From: Promethearchaeota archaeon
GTDB taxonomy: Archaea > Asgardarchaeota > Lokiarchaeia > Sigyniarchaeales > SOKP01
DNA length: 64,000 nucleotides
NCBI GenBank assembly: GCA_011364925.1
Contig: RDOA01000004.1
Span: forward strand, 13,011 to 77,010
Direction of reading: 5' to 3'
Below the pieces are notes generated by a model. The model was given only the letters and a program-made list of their open reading frames with translations, did no database searches and was not told where the DNA came from. The position numbers and the translations under genes are program-made. Of the stretch, positions 18,903 through 28,804 are shown piece after piece (position 1 is the first letter of the stretch; every line of letters begins with the position of its first letter).

Positions 18903-20594
18903 TTATTTACCTCCGAAGGCATCAATTTCAGCCATAATTTGTTCATCTGTGAAATGTCTAATAACAATAGCATGATTTGAACAAGTAGCTCCACAGACTC
19001 CACAACCTTTACATAAAACTTGAGTTATCACAATTTCATCATCTTCATTCTTACTAATTGCCTTATAAGGACAAACGGTAATACAAACTTCACATCCAGT
19101 ACATAAAGCTTTATTGTATTCGGGTAAAGATGAAGTCGCCCCTTCCACTTCAAGAGTATTATGAGATAAAATAGTACTTGCTCTTGAAGCCGCTGCATAT
19201 CCTTGAGTAATAGATTCTGTAATATCTACGGGCCACTTAGCTGAGCCGCTGAGATACACTCCATCTGTGGCAAAATCCATAGGTCTAAGTTTAACATGAG
19301 CTTCTAAGAAGAACCCATTCTCTTCCAAAGGTACCTTAAGCATTTGAGCAAGAGCTTTATTTTCAGCATTCGCTACTAAAGGTACTGACAACACCAAAAG
19401 ATCGTAGGGAATACTTATTTCTTCCCCAATATATTCATTAAAAACTTTGATCGTATCTTTTTCAACTTTAGGAGCTTTTTCAGGGTTATAATAGATGAAG
19501 ACAATCCCTTTCTCTCTTGCTTTTCTATAATACTCTTCATAATATGAACCAGGAGTGTATAAATCTCTGAAAAGAATTGTGATATGGGTGTTAGGATTTT
19601 TTTCTTTGATGATTAAAGCGTTTTTTAGAGCTGTCATACAACAAACATTGGAACAATACTTTCTTTCTTCAATTCGAGCTCCAACACATTGAATCATGAC
19701 AATCTCATTTTCATTTAAAGTACCACTTTTTAACTTAACTTCTAATTGACTTTGAGTTATCCGTTTTTCTCCATCGTATCCATAATATCCTTCAGGAGTA
19801 AATAATGATGTACCGACTGCGACAATAATGCAACCTATTTTAAGTGGTATTATATTTTTTCCTTGTTCTACTTCTATTTCGTAATTTCCAACAAATCCCT
19901 CGATATTTTTAACTGTCGCCGAAGTATATACTTTTAATCTGGGATTATTTTCAACTTTTTTCTTCAAAGCGTCAAGCAATTCTGAAGATTCTTGGTCTTT
20001 TGGGAAGAGCTTGTATAATCCATTAAGTCTTCCTCCCAATCGATTATCTTTCTCAACTAGATGGGTTTCAAATCCTTGGTTACTCAAATTTAGTGCAGCA
20101 GTCATCCCTGCTACACCTCCTCCAATTACTAATGCTGTAGGAGTAACATCTACAATAATTTTATCTAATGGCTCGAGTTTTTCAGCTTTAGCAACACCCA
20201 TCCGTACTACATCATTTGCTTTTATAAATGCTTTATCCGGAACTTTCTGATGAACCCATGTGTCTTGATCTCTAATATTTACAAAGTTAAATAGATAAGG
20301 ATTTAAACCTTCTTCTTCAATACATGCTCTAAACAATGGTTCGTGAGTCCTTGGGGTACAAGATGCAACAACAACTCGGTTCAAATTATGTTCCCTTATA
20401 CCTTTTTTAATTGCTGCCAATCCCGTCTCAGAACATGTATATAAATTATCTTGTGTAAAAACAACATGAGGTAACTTTTTTGCTCTTTCTGCAACCTCCT
20501 TACAATCAATAAATCCACCAATATTTGAACCACAATGACAAATAAAAACTCCAATTCGGGGTTCTTCTTCTTCTTTCTTTTCTTTTTTCGCCAT
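18903..20594 (-). CDS. hdrA: HdrA-like protein, corresponding to the C-terminal half of the 1004-aa HdrA
   Basis: PRIGVFICHCG, CTPRTHE, GGGVAG, QCVGAR..YCSNVCC, EAHVKLRP, terminal ferredoxin motifs. Confidence 0.88.
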   Translation of the reverse strand: MAKKEKKEEEEPRIGVFICHCGSNIGGFIDCKEVAERAKKLPHVVFTQDNLYTCSETGLAAIKKGIREHNLNRVVVASCTPRTHEPLFRACIEEEGLNPYLFNFVNIRDQDTWVHQKVPDKAFIKANDVVRMGVAKAEKLEPLDKIIVDVTPTALVIGGGVAGMTAALNLSNQGFETHLVEKDNRLGGRLNGLYKLFPKDQESSELLDALKKKVENNPRLKVYTSATVKNIEGFVGNYEIEVEQGKNIIPLKIGCIIVAVGTSLFTPEGYYGYDGEKRITQSQLEVKLKSGTLNENEIVMIQCVGARIEERKYCSNVCCMTALKNALIIKEKNPNTHITILFRDLYTPGSYYEEYYRKAREKGIVFIYYNPEKAPKVEKDTIKVFNEYIGEEISIPYDLLVLSVPLVANAENKALAQMLKVPLEENGFFLEAHVKLRPMDFATDGVYLSGSAKWPVDITESITQGYAAASRASTILSHNTLEVEGATSSLPEYNKALCTGCEVCITVCPYKAISKNEDDEIVITQVLCKGCGVCGATCSNHAIVIRHFTDEQIMAEIDAFGGK

Positions 20595-20598
20595 TTTG

Positions 20599-21915
20599 TT
20601 ATCCTCCTTTTACTAATTCTGCTGCTCTCGCAGCCGCTCCGCTTGCTTCTGCTACTGAACGCGGGATATCCATAGGTTCTCTGGCGCACCCACAAGTATA
20701 GATGCCCGGAACGCTAGATTCAATAGGAAAGAAGGGATCGGTTTTAATAAACCGATTTTTATCTAGATCGATACCTAGAATCTTAGCGATTTTTTCGTTG
20801 GATAATGAAGGAATGATACAGGTAGCTAAAACTACGAGATCAAATCTCATTTGTTTTATCTCTGCTGATTCTAAATTCTCATATGTTATAATTGGACTTT
20901 GATTTTCATCTACTTCGATATGAGAAATTTTACTTTTAATATACTTAATATTATATTCCTCTGCTCCTCTTAGGAGAAATTTTTGAAATCCTTTCCCTCC
21001 AGCTCGTAAATCAATATAGAATACATAAGATTCTAATTCATTATCATGTTCATAAGCAACCATAGCTTCTTTTGTTGTATACATACAACAGACAGAAGAA
21101 CAATAATCCTGAGTACGATCATTTCTTGAATCAATACATTGTAGGAAAGCTATTTTTTTTGGAGTTCTTCCATCAGTAAGAGTCTTCAAATGACCTTGCT
21201 GTGGTCCTGAGGCACATATTAATCGTTCAAACTCCATTGCTGTGACCACATTATCATATTTTTGGTATCCATAAACATTTAAAGTATGAATATTTTCTGC
21301 TAAATCCACTCCAGTTGCTACGATTATTGCTCCTACATTCTCAACAGGAATTACTTCTTCTTTTTGGGTAAAATCGATAGCATCCGCACCACAATTCTGA
21401 TAACATAAACCACATATGCCATAATTTAAATATAAACAGACGTCTGGATTAATCCTATACACTGGAGGAACCGCTGCCGGAAATGCAATCTGTGCCGCAG
21501 ATTGAGTAACCAAATCAGCATCAAAAAAGTTTGGCACTCCTCTAACTGGACAAATACTTCCACAGTCTCCACAATTAGTACAAACACCCTCTTTTACATA
21601 CCTTGGATGTTTAAGGACTTCTACAGTAAAGTTACCGGCTGAGCCTTCTATTTTTTGAACCTCTGCCAAGGTATAGAGTGTTATATTAGGGTGTCTATAA
21701 CATTCTGAAAGTTTTGGAGCAAGAATACATATTGAACAGTCAAGCGTAGGGAATGTTTTATCTAATTGAGCCATTCTACCTCCAATACAAGGTTCTTTCT
21801 CAACGAGGTATACTTTTATACCCATATCTCCCAAATCTAAAGCAGCTTGTATCCCTGCAATTCCCGCTCCAATAACTACCACGGATTTTGAATTATCTCC
21901 CAATTTTCTCACCAT
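20599..21915 (-). CDS. hdrA: HdrA-like protein, corresponding to the N-terminal half of the 1004-aa HdrA
   Basis: GAGIAG, QLDKTFPTLDCSIC, ferredoxin insert, QCIDSR..YCSSVCC. Confidence 0.88.
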   Translation of the reverse strand: MVRKLGDNSKSVVVIGAGIAGIQAALDLGDMGIKVYLVEKEPCIGGRMAQLDKTFPTLDCSICILAPKLSECYRHPNITLYTLAEVQKIEGSAGNFTVEVLKHPRYVKEGVCTNCGDCGSICPVRGVPNFFDADLVTQSAAQIAFPAAVPPVYRINPDVCLYLNYGICGLCYQNCGADAIDFTQKEEVIPVENVGAIIVATGVDLAENIHTLNVYGYQKYDNVVTAMEFERLICASGPQQGHLKTLTDGRTPKKIAFLQCIDSRNDRTQDYCSSVCCMYTTKEAMVAYEHDNELESYVFYIDLRAGGKGFQKFLLRGAEEYNIKYIKSKISHIEVDENQSPIITYENLESAEIKQMRFDLVVLATCIIPSLSNEKIAKILGIDLDKNRFIKTDPFFPIESSVPGIYTCGCAREPMDIPRSVAEASGAAARAAELVKGG

Positions 21916-23037
21916 TTATGATTTATTTATTTTATTATTTGTCATTCTCCTAAGCAAATCTATTTTACTGGCTTTCCAATCCGAAATAGTAGATTTTGTA
22001 GGAGTAAATTTATCAATATATCCCGCAATTGTTACATCTCTAATGAGTTCTTCTCCTAGTTTTGTACGAATAATTACCATTGAGTTTTTTTGAACAGCTC
22101 CAGAACCACCAAAACTTATGTCTGCAAATCTGCTTGTGAACTCATCACAATCATGACAGTGATTTCTAACAGCATCATCAAATTTTTTAAGTTCAACTTC
22201 ATAGACTTTACCTTCTTTATTAGTTATGAAAAAATTCTTTTTGATATTCATTTTAGCTATATTTGTGGGATCCTCGTTAATCACTTTTTTTACAAGTTGG
22301 AATAATTTTTCATAATCATAGTTTTCCATACAAAATAGACCAAACACATACTTGATGACATGAGCAGGGCTTATATTTAAAAGTTGCATTTTTCGAATCG
22401 CTCTACACTGACAGGGTGTTCCAACAAAAGCCATTCGAATTTGATTAATATCATATATTTGATGATTTTTCTCAACGATTTTTTCGGCAATACTATAAAG
22501 ATCTCTAAGTGTTAAAATATTTGATGATATAGAATATCGAGTACCTGAGGATTTCAATAACTCTTCTTTACTGTATATTATTTTTGGTATGGGATTTAAT
22601 TTCTCATCATATTCAGAAACAATAGCGGCATCTATTTTATTAATATCAAATAAATATGTTAATAATGTAGTTACTAAACCTCCATCTTGTCCCATTTCCT
22701 TTATTTTTTCATCTGTTGTTTTAGCCGCAATAATGTCTTGAACAAATCCCATTTCATCCTTAATTTGATATTTTTCATTTAAGTGATTCATCAATGGGTC
22801 TGTCTGTGGACAAATATAGTAACATAATCCACACTCCTTACAATTGTCCACATTTGCATTTGATATAAACTGAGGAGTATAACCTTCCATTTTAATGACA
22901 TCAAACATTTGGCTTGAACAGTAAGCAACACATGCTCCACAAGCACAACATTTATTGGTTTTAATAATCTCTTCTTCAAGATCTTTAAAAATTTTAACAT
23001 CCTTTAATACAGTTTTTTTGAGTAATACATCTGCCAT
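21916..23037 (-). CDS. FrhB/FpoF-family F420-interacting subunit with N-terminal 2x[4Fe-4S]
   Basis: CCACGACVAYC, CKECGLCYYICP, GQDGGLVT, VGTPCQ, GLFC, ADISFG. Confidence 0.85.
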   Translation of the reverse strand: MADVLLKKTVLKDVKIFKDLEEEIIKTNKCCACGACVAYCSSQMFDVIKMEGYTPQFISNANVDNCKECGLCYYICPQTDPLMNHLNEKYQIKDEMGFVQDIIAAKTTDEKIKEMGQDGGLVTTLLTYLFDINKIDAAIVSEYDEKLNPIPKIIYSKEELLKSSGTRYSISSNILTLRDLYSIAEKIVEKNHQIYDINQIRMAFVGTPCQCRAIRKMQLLNISPAHVIKYVFGLFCMENYDYEKLFQLVKKVINEDPTNIAKMNIKKNFFITNKEGKVYEVELKKFDDAVRNHCHDCDEFTSRFADISFGGSGAVQKNSMVIIRTKLGEELIRDVTIAGYIDKFTPTKSTISDWKASKIDLLRRMTNNKINKS

Positions 23038-23077
23038 AATTTATCATCATTTCCTCTAATTATTCCTATTTTTAATT

Positions 23078-23953
23078 TCAAATTGTAAAGTTTATGCTTT
23101 CAAATAAATTATCTGGCTTAATCCTGTGAAATTTAAATCCTAAATCGTCAGGTTTGAATCCAAAGGCTAACGCCACTAATTCTGAGAGATAAAAAATCGG
23201 AAAGTCATAATCGGTGTTGTTTTTTTTATTAAGTTCCCTTTGGTTAAATTCATATTGTTGATAACAAGCAGGGCACACAACCACAACACAATTAGCTCCT
23301 GACTTTTGTATGGCTTTAAATTTATTATCTATCATTTGTAAAGCCAAATCCTTATCAGATTTTTCAACAGGATTTCCACAACATTCCATCTTTAGATCGT
23401 AATCTACGGTTTCAGCACCAAGGCTTTTAACAAGTTCGTCTAGAGTAACGGGCTCGAACGGATCGTCCCATTTAATGATTTCGGACGGTCTTAAATAATG
23501 ACAACCATAATGAACTGCTACCTTAAAACCATTCAATGGCTTTTCTACATTACTTTTAACTTTATCTAGATTTTCGTATAATACCTGTGCAAAATGCTTT
23601 ACTTCTACTTTGCCATCGTAAGTTTTGTTCACTTTACTTAAATATTCATTTATCTCTTTTAGTGCATGTTCGTCTTTATTAAGGCTGTAATTAACGCCTT
23701 TTAATGTCTCAACGCATCCGGAACAAAAGGATATTATTCCACCATTACTATTGCATAGACTTAAGTTCCTTGCGCCTAAAGTCAACCAAGTTTTGTGATC
23801 TATTAGCTCGATCCCTGTGGGGTCAGGACAACAACTGAATCCATCTACATCGTGCAACTCAATTCCAAGCTTTTCAAAAATCTTTCTTGATGAAACTTCT
23901 AAATAAGGTAAACGTGCGGGTATAACGCAACCAAGAAATAAATCAAACCCCAT
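23078..23953 (-). CDS. hdrB: Heterodisulfide reductase subunit B
   Basis: LGC, CCPDP, CSGC, HYGCH, CCG, CPAC (two CCG domains). Confidence 0.92.
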   Translation of the reverse strand: MGFDLFLGCVIPARLPYLEVSSRKIFEKLGIELHDVDGFSCCPDPTGIELIDHKTWLTLGARNLSLCNSNGGIISFCSGCVETLKGVNYSLNKDEHALKEINEYLSKVNKTYDGKVEVKHFAQVLYENLDKVKSNVEKPLNGFKVAVHYGCHYLRPSEIIKWDDPFEPVTLDELVKSLGAETVDYDLKMECCGNPVEKSDKDLALQMIDNKFKAIQKSGANCVVVVCPACYQQYEFNQRELNKKNNTDYDFPIFYLSELVALAFGFKPDDLGFKFHRIKPDNLFESINFTI

Positions 23954-23954
23954 C

Positions 23955-24452
23955 TTATTTAATCCCCTCTAGAATGTTCTTTTCAAAATTTGTTGTCCGT
24001 AATAATGTTTTAATTTCATCAACTGGAGCAGTTTTAATCTCTGGAAGCCCGAGAGTTTTTCTTCGAGTAATAATCGCGTTCGAATATGGAATCGCTATAC
24101 TATTTTCAAAAACAGAGTGTCCCTGTGAATAAAAAGCTTCTGGATATTTATTCTTTTCAAAACATCTATTTTTTATCAATGTAAAAATTTCTGTTAATTC
24201 GACTTTTTGAGGACAAAGTTCAACGCATTTCTGACATGTTGAACATAACCAAGGATTTGGATCTTGGCGCTCCACTAATTTATCTTGAAGTCCTAATATC
24301 GCTTCTTCAATTATTTTTCTTGGATTATACTTTCCACTAGTTAGTAAAGCGACAGGACATCCCCCAGAACAAGTCGAACATTGATAACAATAACTTAACG
24401 ACGCGTTATGTTTTAGGACTTCGTTCCTAAATTCAAAGTTAATGACGCTCAT
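23955..24452 (-). CDS. hdrC: Heterodisulfide reductase subunit C
   Basis: CYQCSTCSGGCP and WLCSTCQKCVELCP. Confidence 0.92.
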   Translation of the reverse strand: MSVINFEFRNEVLKHNASLSYCYQCSTCSGGCPVALLTSGKYNPRKIIEEAILGLQDKLVERQDPNPWLCSTCQKCVELCPQKVELTEIFTLIKNRCFEKNKYPEAFYSQGHSVFENSIAIPYSNAIITRRKTLGLPEIKTAPVDEIKTLLRTTNFEKNILEGIK

Positions 24453-24578
24453 ATCAATACTAATTTCTTCTTTTCTTGTGTTTTGTAATTATATATCTAA
24501 TATAAATTTTAACGGACTTTTTACAATTTTATCGAAATTTAATTGCGAGATCACAAAATCGCTTTTCATCTGCTTTAT

Positions 24579-24857
24579 TTATTCGAGGTGTTTCTTGAGA
24601 TCGATATAAATCGGTATCTGTTGACCTTTACTCTCTATAACGACCCTTAAAAGACTTCCTTCAATAGAAGTGCTAATAAGTTTAAACTCTACCTCAAAAT
24701 CTTTTGAAATGCTACTTTCTTCAAGATATTTTGTTTTTGTCACTAAACACGTATGAGTTTCATCACAAAGAAAACAGTGGGAACAACAAAAGCCGATGGG
24801 TAAGTATCCTACTATAGAGCATTTATCATAACCGTCGCAATTACAGTTATTACACAT
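24579..24857 (-). CDS. Small protein with a Cys-rich N-terminus
   Basis: Nine Cys in the first 37 aa; ATG start; co-oriented with hdrC. Confidence 0.6.
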   Translation of the reverse strand: MCNNCNCDGYDKCSIVGYLPIGFCCSHCFLCDETHTCLVTKTKYLEESSISKDFEVEFKLISTSIEGSLLRVVIESKGQQIPIYIDLKKHLE

Positions 24858-25222
24858 TTTTTAAGTCTTTTTTTCAATTATTTTTAATTATGAAGTTTTT
24901 CTCACTAATTTTAGTCCATATTGTTACAAACAATTTATGACTGTTTATATATATTGATATTATCAAGATCATGCAAAATAGACTAAATCGATTATTAAAG
25001 ATCGAAAAAAGAAAAAAAATCAGCTAATTAACCCGATTCTAATAAAATTTCGAACTTGCTTGAATGTAACATTAAAAATTATTCTAAATCAAAATTGTGT
25101 GAACATTATCGATAAATTGAATTTATTAAATTCGTAATTTATTTAAATTATTTTTGCATATTTTGATCATATTATTTGAATAAATAATACAAAAATATAA
25201 CTATTTGAAAGGGTTCATTCAA

Positions 25223-25651
25223 ATGGCAACTATAGATCCAATTGATATTAAAATTTTAGAAGAACTCAAGAAAGACGGAAGAAAATCTTTCAAAGAGATA
25301 AGTGATATTATAGAAAAAACCGAAGCTACAGTTAGAAGAAGAGTTAATAAAATGCAAGAAGAAGGAACTATAAAACGCTTTACCGTGGAATACGAACTTG
25401 ACTCAAAACCTAAAACATCAGCGACCATTAAAGTTGAGCCAGATTTTAAAGATATAAAGCGAATTCTTCAAGAACTTATAAAAATTGAAGAAATAACATC
25501 GATTTGGAGGTTATCGGGAGATTGTGGACTCTTTATGAAAGTCGATATTCCATCTATTGAGCAATTTAATCCTCTTATAGAAGATAAAATCTCTCAGATT
25601 ACAGGAATAAAAATCGTTGAGACTTGCTTTATAACTGATATCATAAAATAA
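25223..25651 (+). CDS. Lrp/AsnC family transcription regulator
   Basis: IDPIDIKILEELKKDGR..F..I...TVRRRV...G.I..F and C-terminal RAM domain (LSGDCGL). ATG at 25223; ORF track starts at 25205. Confidence 0.9.
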   Translation: MATIDPIDIKILEELKKDGRKSFKEISDIIEKTEATVRRRVNKMQEEGTIKRFTVEYELDSKPKTSATIKVEPDFKDIKRILQELIKIEEITSIWRLSGDCGLFMKVDIPSIEQFNPLIEDKISQITGIKIVETCFITDIIK

Positions 25652-25700
25652 TGACTTAAAATTCTATTTATTAATCCTTGGTTTAATGGTAAAATGGAAC

Positions 25701-26384
25701 TCATATTCTTTTAGATATTGTCAACATTATGATATAATCAGCTACATCTTCAGCATTATCGCTTATGTTTTCGAGTTCGAAAATACAATCATGGATCTCT
25801 ATAGCGCTGAAAGGATTTATATTTGGATTATTTGATACAAGTAATCGATTAATTGCAAAATGTATTTCATCGCATTTATGCTCTAAACTGTTCACTTCTT
25901 CCCCCAATTTTTGTATCTCCTCCTCTTTAGCAGCCATTAAGTCGTTAACCATTAAGTTTAACAATTTAACAGCTTCTACAGAATTCTTTGCCATTTCTAA
26001 TGTTTTTACATGCACTTCATGATCCAAATTAAGAAAATCAGCATGATTCATATATATTAAAATTCTGGCACTGGCATTTGCCGCATTAGCAACATCGTCA
26101 ATTCGTTTGACTAGATGAGTTAAATTCTCGCGTACATTTGGAGTTAGCTCTGCCTTGGAAAGCATTTTAAGGATGTTTCTACGAATTCCGTCCGCTTGAT
26201 GTTCTAACTCGGTAACTCGGAAGAACACCTTTAACGCAAGGTCTACATTCTTTTCTTCAATGAGATAAGATAAACCTTTCTCAAATTCGACTACACACTC
26301 AAGAACTTTTTGCATATGGATAAGAGTTTTATTTATTGCACTTTCTTCATTTCGGGATTTGAACCATTCAAATAAAGAACTCAT
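25701..26384 (-). CDS. DUF47 / PhoU-like phosphate transport regulator
   Basis: Two repeats: LEHQAD...DDVA and LEHKCD...ENISDNAEDVAD. Confidence 0.85.
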   Translation of the reverse strand: MSSLFEWFKSRNEESAINKTLIHMQKVLECVVEFEKGLSYLIEEKNVDLALKVFFRVTELEHQADGIRRNILKMLSKAELTPNVRENLTHLVKRIDDVANAANASARILIYMNHADFLNLDHEVHVKTLEMAKNSVEAVKLLNLMVNDLMAAKEEEIQKLGEEVNSLEHKCDEIHFAINRLLVSNNPNINPFSAIEIHDCIFELENISDNAEDVADYIIMLTISKRI

Positions 26385-26418
26385 ATATTTATTTACCTCA
26401 TACTTTTCATTTTTTATA

Positions 26419-27642
26419 TTATTCTAATTTTATTACTTCATTTACAACTTTATTCCCGGGATGTTTAAATACTATACCTAATTCTTTTGGAAAGTAGATA
26501 GTTACTTCTAAATTTTCTTTAAATTTGTTATGAACTTCACTTGTAGCAGGAATAGTTACGACAACTGTTTTTTCTTGATTATTTATTCCAATAAGAACTT
26601 CAAAGCGGTAAAACACTCCCATAAATTTACGACGAATTATCTTTCCAAAAAATGAGTTTTTCTTTTGATTAAGGCGATTACCTAACCTAATTTTCATATG
26701 GTTGGCTCGAACAACTAATAGAATTTTATCCCCATGATTATATTCATTGCTCACATCATTCTTAATGTAAGCAGCAAACTGATCTCCTGTGTTTAAATCA
26801 ATTAAAATAGGGCTTGACTCTTCATGTATTTGGGTATAAAAATTATCCTTTTGACCAGACATCTTATAAATGTCCCATTTAGGGGATTCCTCTCTTATAC
26901 AAATACCATCAAAATAATTTATTTCACTCATAAAGTTCGCCACGAATAAATCTTTAGGATAATAATAAATATCATGAGGAGTACCCACTTGAACGAGTTC
27001 TCCTTGATTTATCACAGCAATTCTATCAGCAACCATCATTGCTTCTTCTTCTTCATTTGTAACATGAACAACTGTTAGCTCTAGTTGTTTAGATTTTGCC
27101 ATTAACAACAATTCTCTTCTTAAATTCATCCGTAATCCAGCATCTAGTGCTTTCAGTGGTTCATCTAATATTAAAAGCTTTGTTTGTTCAAGATTCAAAA
27201 GAGATCTGCACAGTGCTACTCGTTGTTTCATACCACCACTCAACTCTTCTGGTAACGCTTCATTTCGTCCTGTTAATAAAGTCATCATTAATACTTGTTC
27301 AACAAGTTTTTTTGTCATTTCAGGATTTCTAGCATTAACCCGACCACTATACGAGATGTTATCGACTAAATTCATGTGTGGAAATAGAGCATAATTTTCA
27401 AACATAAATCCAATATTACGCTCTCCCGGAGTCATCCTAGTAACATCTATATCGTCGAACAAGACTTCGCCGTCATCAGGTTTCACTAAACCAGAAATAA
27501 TCTTAAGTAAAGTTGTCTTACCCCCCCCTGTAGGTCCCAAAATTATGAAATACTCTTTATCCTTAACCTGAAGAGAGATATTTTTAAGAGCGATAAATTT
27601 TCCATACGATTTTGACACATTTTTAAGATCGATTTTTACCAT
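26419..27642 (-). CDS. ABC importer ATPase (MalK/PotA/CysA-like); H-loop His replaced by Asn
   Basis: GPTGGGKTT, LSGGMKQRVAL, LILDEP, HVTNEEEEA, C-terminal TOBE-like region. Confidence 0.9.
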   Translation of the reverse strand: MVKIDLKNVSKSYGKFIALKNISLQVKDKEYFIILGPTGGGKTTLLKIISGLVKPDDGEVLFDDIDVTRMTPGERNIGFMFENYALFPHMNLVDNISYSGRVNARNPEMTKKLVEQVLMMTLLTGRNEALPEELSGGMKQRVALCRSLLNLEQTKLLILDEPLKALDAGLRMNLRRELLLMAKSKQLELTVVHVTNEEEEAMMVADRIAVINQGELVQVGTPHDIYYYPKDLFVANFMSEINYFDGICIREESPKWDIYKMSGQKDNFYTQIHEESSPILIDLNTGDQFAAYIKNDVSNEYNHGDKILLVVRANHMKIRLGNRLNQKKNSFFGKIIRRKFMGVFYRFEVLIGINNQEKTVVVTIPATSEVHNKFKENLEVTIYFPKELGIVFKHPGNKVVNEVIKLE

Positions 27643-27656
27643 TCACTCACCTAACA

Positions 27657-28802
27657 TTAAGATAATGAAGTTTCATAAAGCATATCAGAGGGAGCTTTAA
27701 ACACATGAATGTCATCTATATGTATGCCTATTATTAAAGTTTCTCCTGGAACGAAATTTTCTTCGTAAGATCCTGGCTTTATTGATAAAAATTTATCTCC
27801 GTTATCTAAAAATAAGTAGAATCTTTTTGTAGCACCCACAAATCTCGAATCTTCCAAACTAGCCTTAAAAAATTGGACTCCTGACCAGTCATATACACTC
27901 TTTTCAAAACCGTAGTCTTCAGGAAAAAGGTATACATCTTCAAAACGGAACGCGATAACGATATTGTCATCTAAATCAAACTGTAAGTTTATATTATTAC
28001 AGGTAATTCTAGGGCCTCCTAATCTAATCCACATCTCCATTTTAGCGTCTTCAAGAAGTTTCAAAACAAATCCTTGAAGAAAATTCGTTTCTCCAAGAAA
28101 ATTTGCTACAAATATGCTATTTGGGGATTCATATAAATCATATGGTGTTCCCATTTGTAATATCTTTCCAGCTCGCATTATAATAATTTGATCTGCAATA
28201 GCCATTGCTTCCTCTTGATTATGAGTAACATGGATAGCGGTGAGACCTAAATCTTTTATTAAGTTTCTGAGCTCATGCCGAAAAACATTAGAAACTTTTG
28301 GGTCAAGGGAACCTAAAGGTTCGTCCATTATTAAAATTTTTGCTCCAGTAGCAATAGCTCTTGCGATTCCTAATTTTTGCAAACCAGGATTCCCAAATAT
28401 TGAAGGATATTCGTCAACATATTCTAATAGATCTACTGTGGTAAGTGCTTTCTCAGCTTGTTGGACGATGTAATCATCGTCATAACCACGCATTTCTAAT
28501 CCAAATGTTACATTTTCCCAAACAGTAAGATGGTCAAAAATTTCAAAATGCTGAAAAATAAAACCCATATCCCTATCTTCTGGAGGAATTCCCTTAACAT
28601 CCTTTCCATCGATAAAAACTTTTCCGTTGGTGGGCTCTTCTAACCCAGCAATCATTCTTAATGTAGTAGTTTTTCCACAACCAGTGGGTCCAAGTAAAAA
28701 GACATAATCTCCGTCGTTGATCTTAAGTGTAATATCGTCAACGGCGAGAACTTTTCCCTCATTAAAAGTTTTAGTAACACCTATTAACTCGATTGTTGGC
28801 AT
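27657..28802 (-). CDS. ABC importer ATPase with degenerate signature motif
   Basis: GPTGCGKTT, LIMDEP, HVTHNQEEA; FGNPGLQKLGIARA in place of LSGGQ.QR.A.ARA. Confidence 0.9.
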   Translation of the reverse strand: MPTIELIGVTKTFNEGKVLAVDDITLKINDGDYVFLLGPTGCGKTTTLRMIAGLEEPTNGKVFIDGKDVKGIPPEDRDMGFIFQHFEIFDHLTVWENVTFGLEMRGYDDDYIVQQAEKALTTVDLLEYVDEYPSIFGNPGLQKLGIARAIATGAKILIMDEPLGSLDPKVSNVFRHELRNLIKDLGLTAIHVTHNQEEAMAIADQIIIMRAGKILQMGTPYDLYESPNSIFVANFLGETNFLQGFVLKLLEDAKMEMWIRLGGPRITCNNINLQFDLDDNIVIAFRFEDVYLFPEDYGFEKSVYDWSGVQFFKASLEDSRFVGATKRFYLFLDNGDKFLSIKPGSYEENFVPGETLIIGIHIDDIHVFKAPSDMLYETSLS

Positions 28803-28804
28803 TT

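Noticed and set aside
14657-21915. Selenocysteine forms of HdrA or MvhD
   Set aside because: All ORFs are open with Cys at the expected motifs; the hdrA split occurs at TAA, not TGA.
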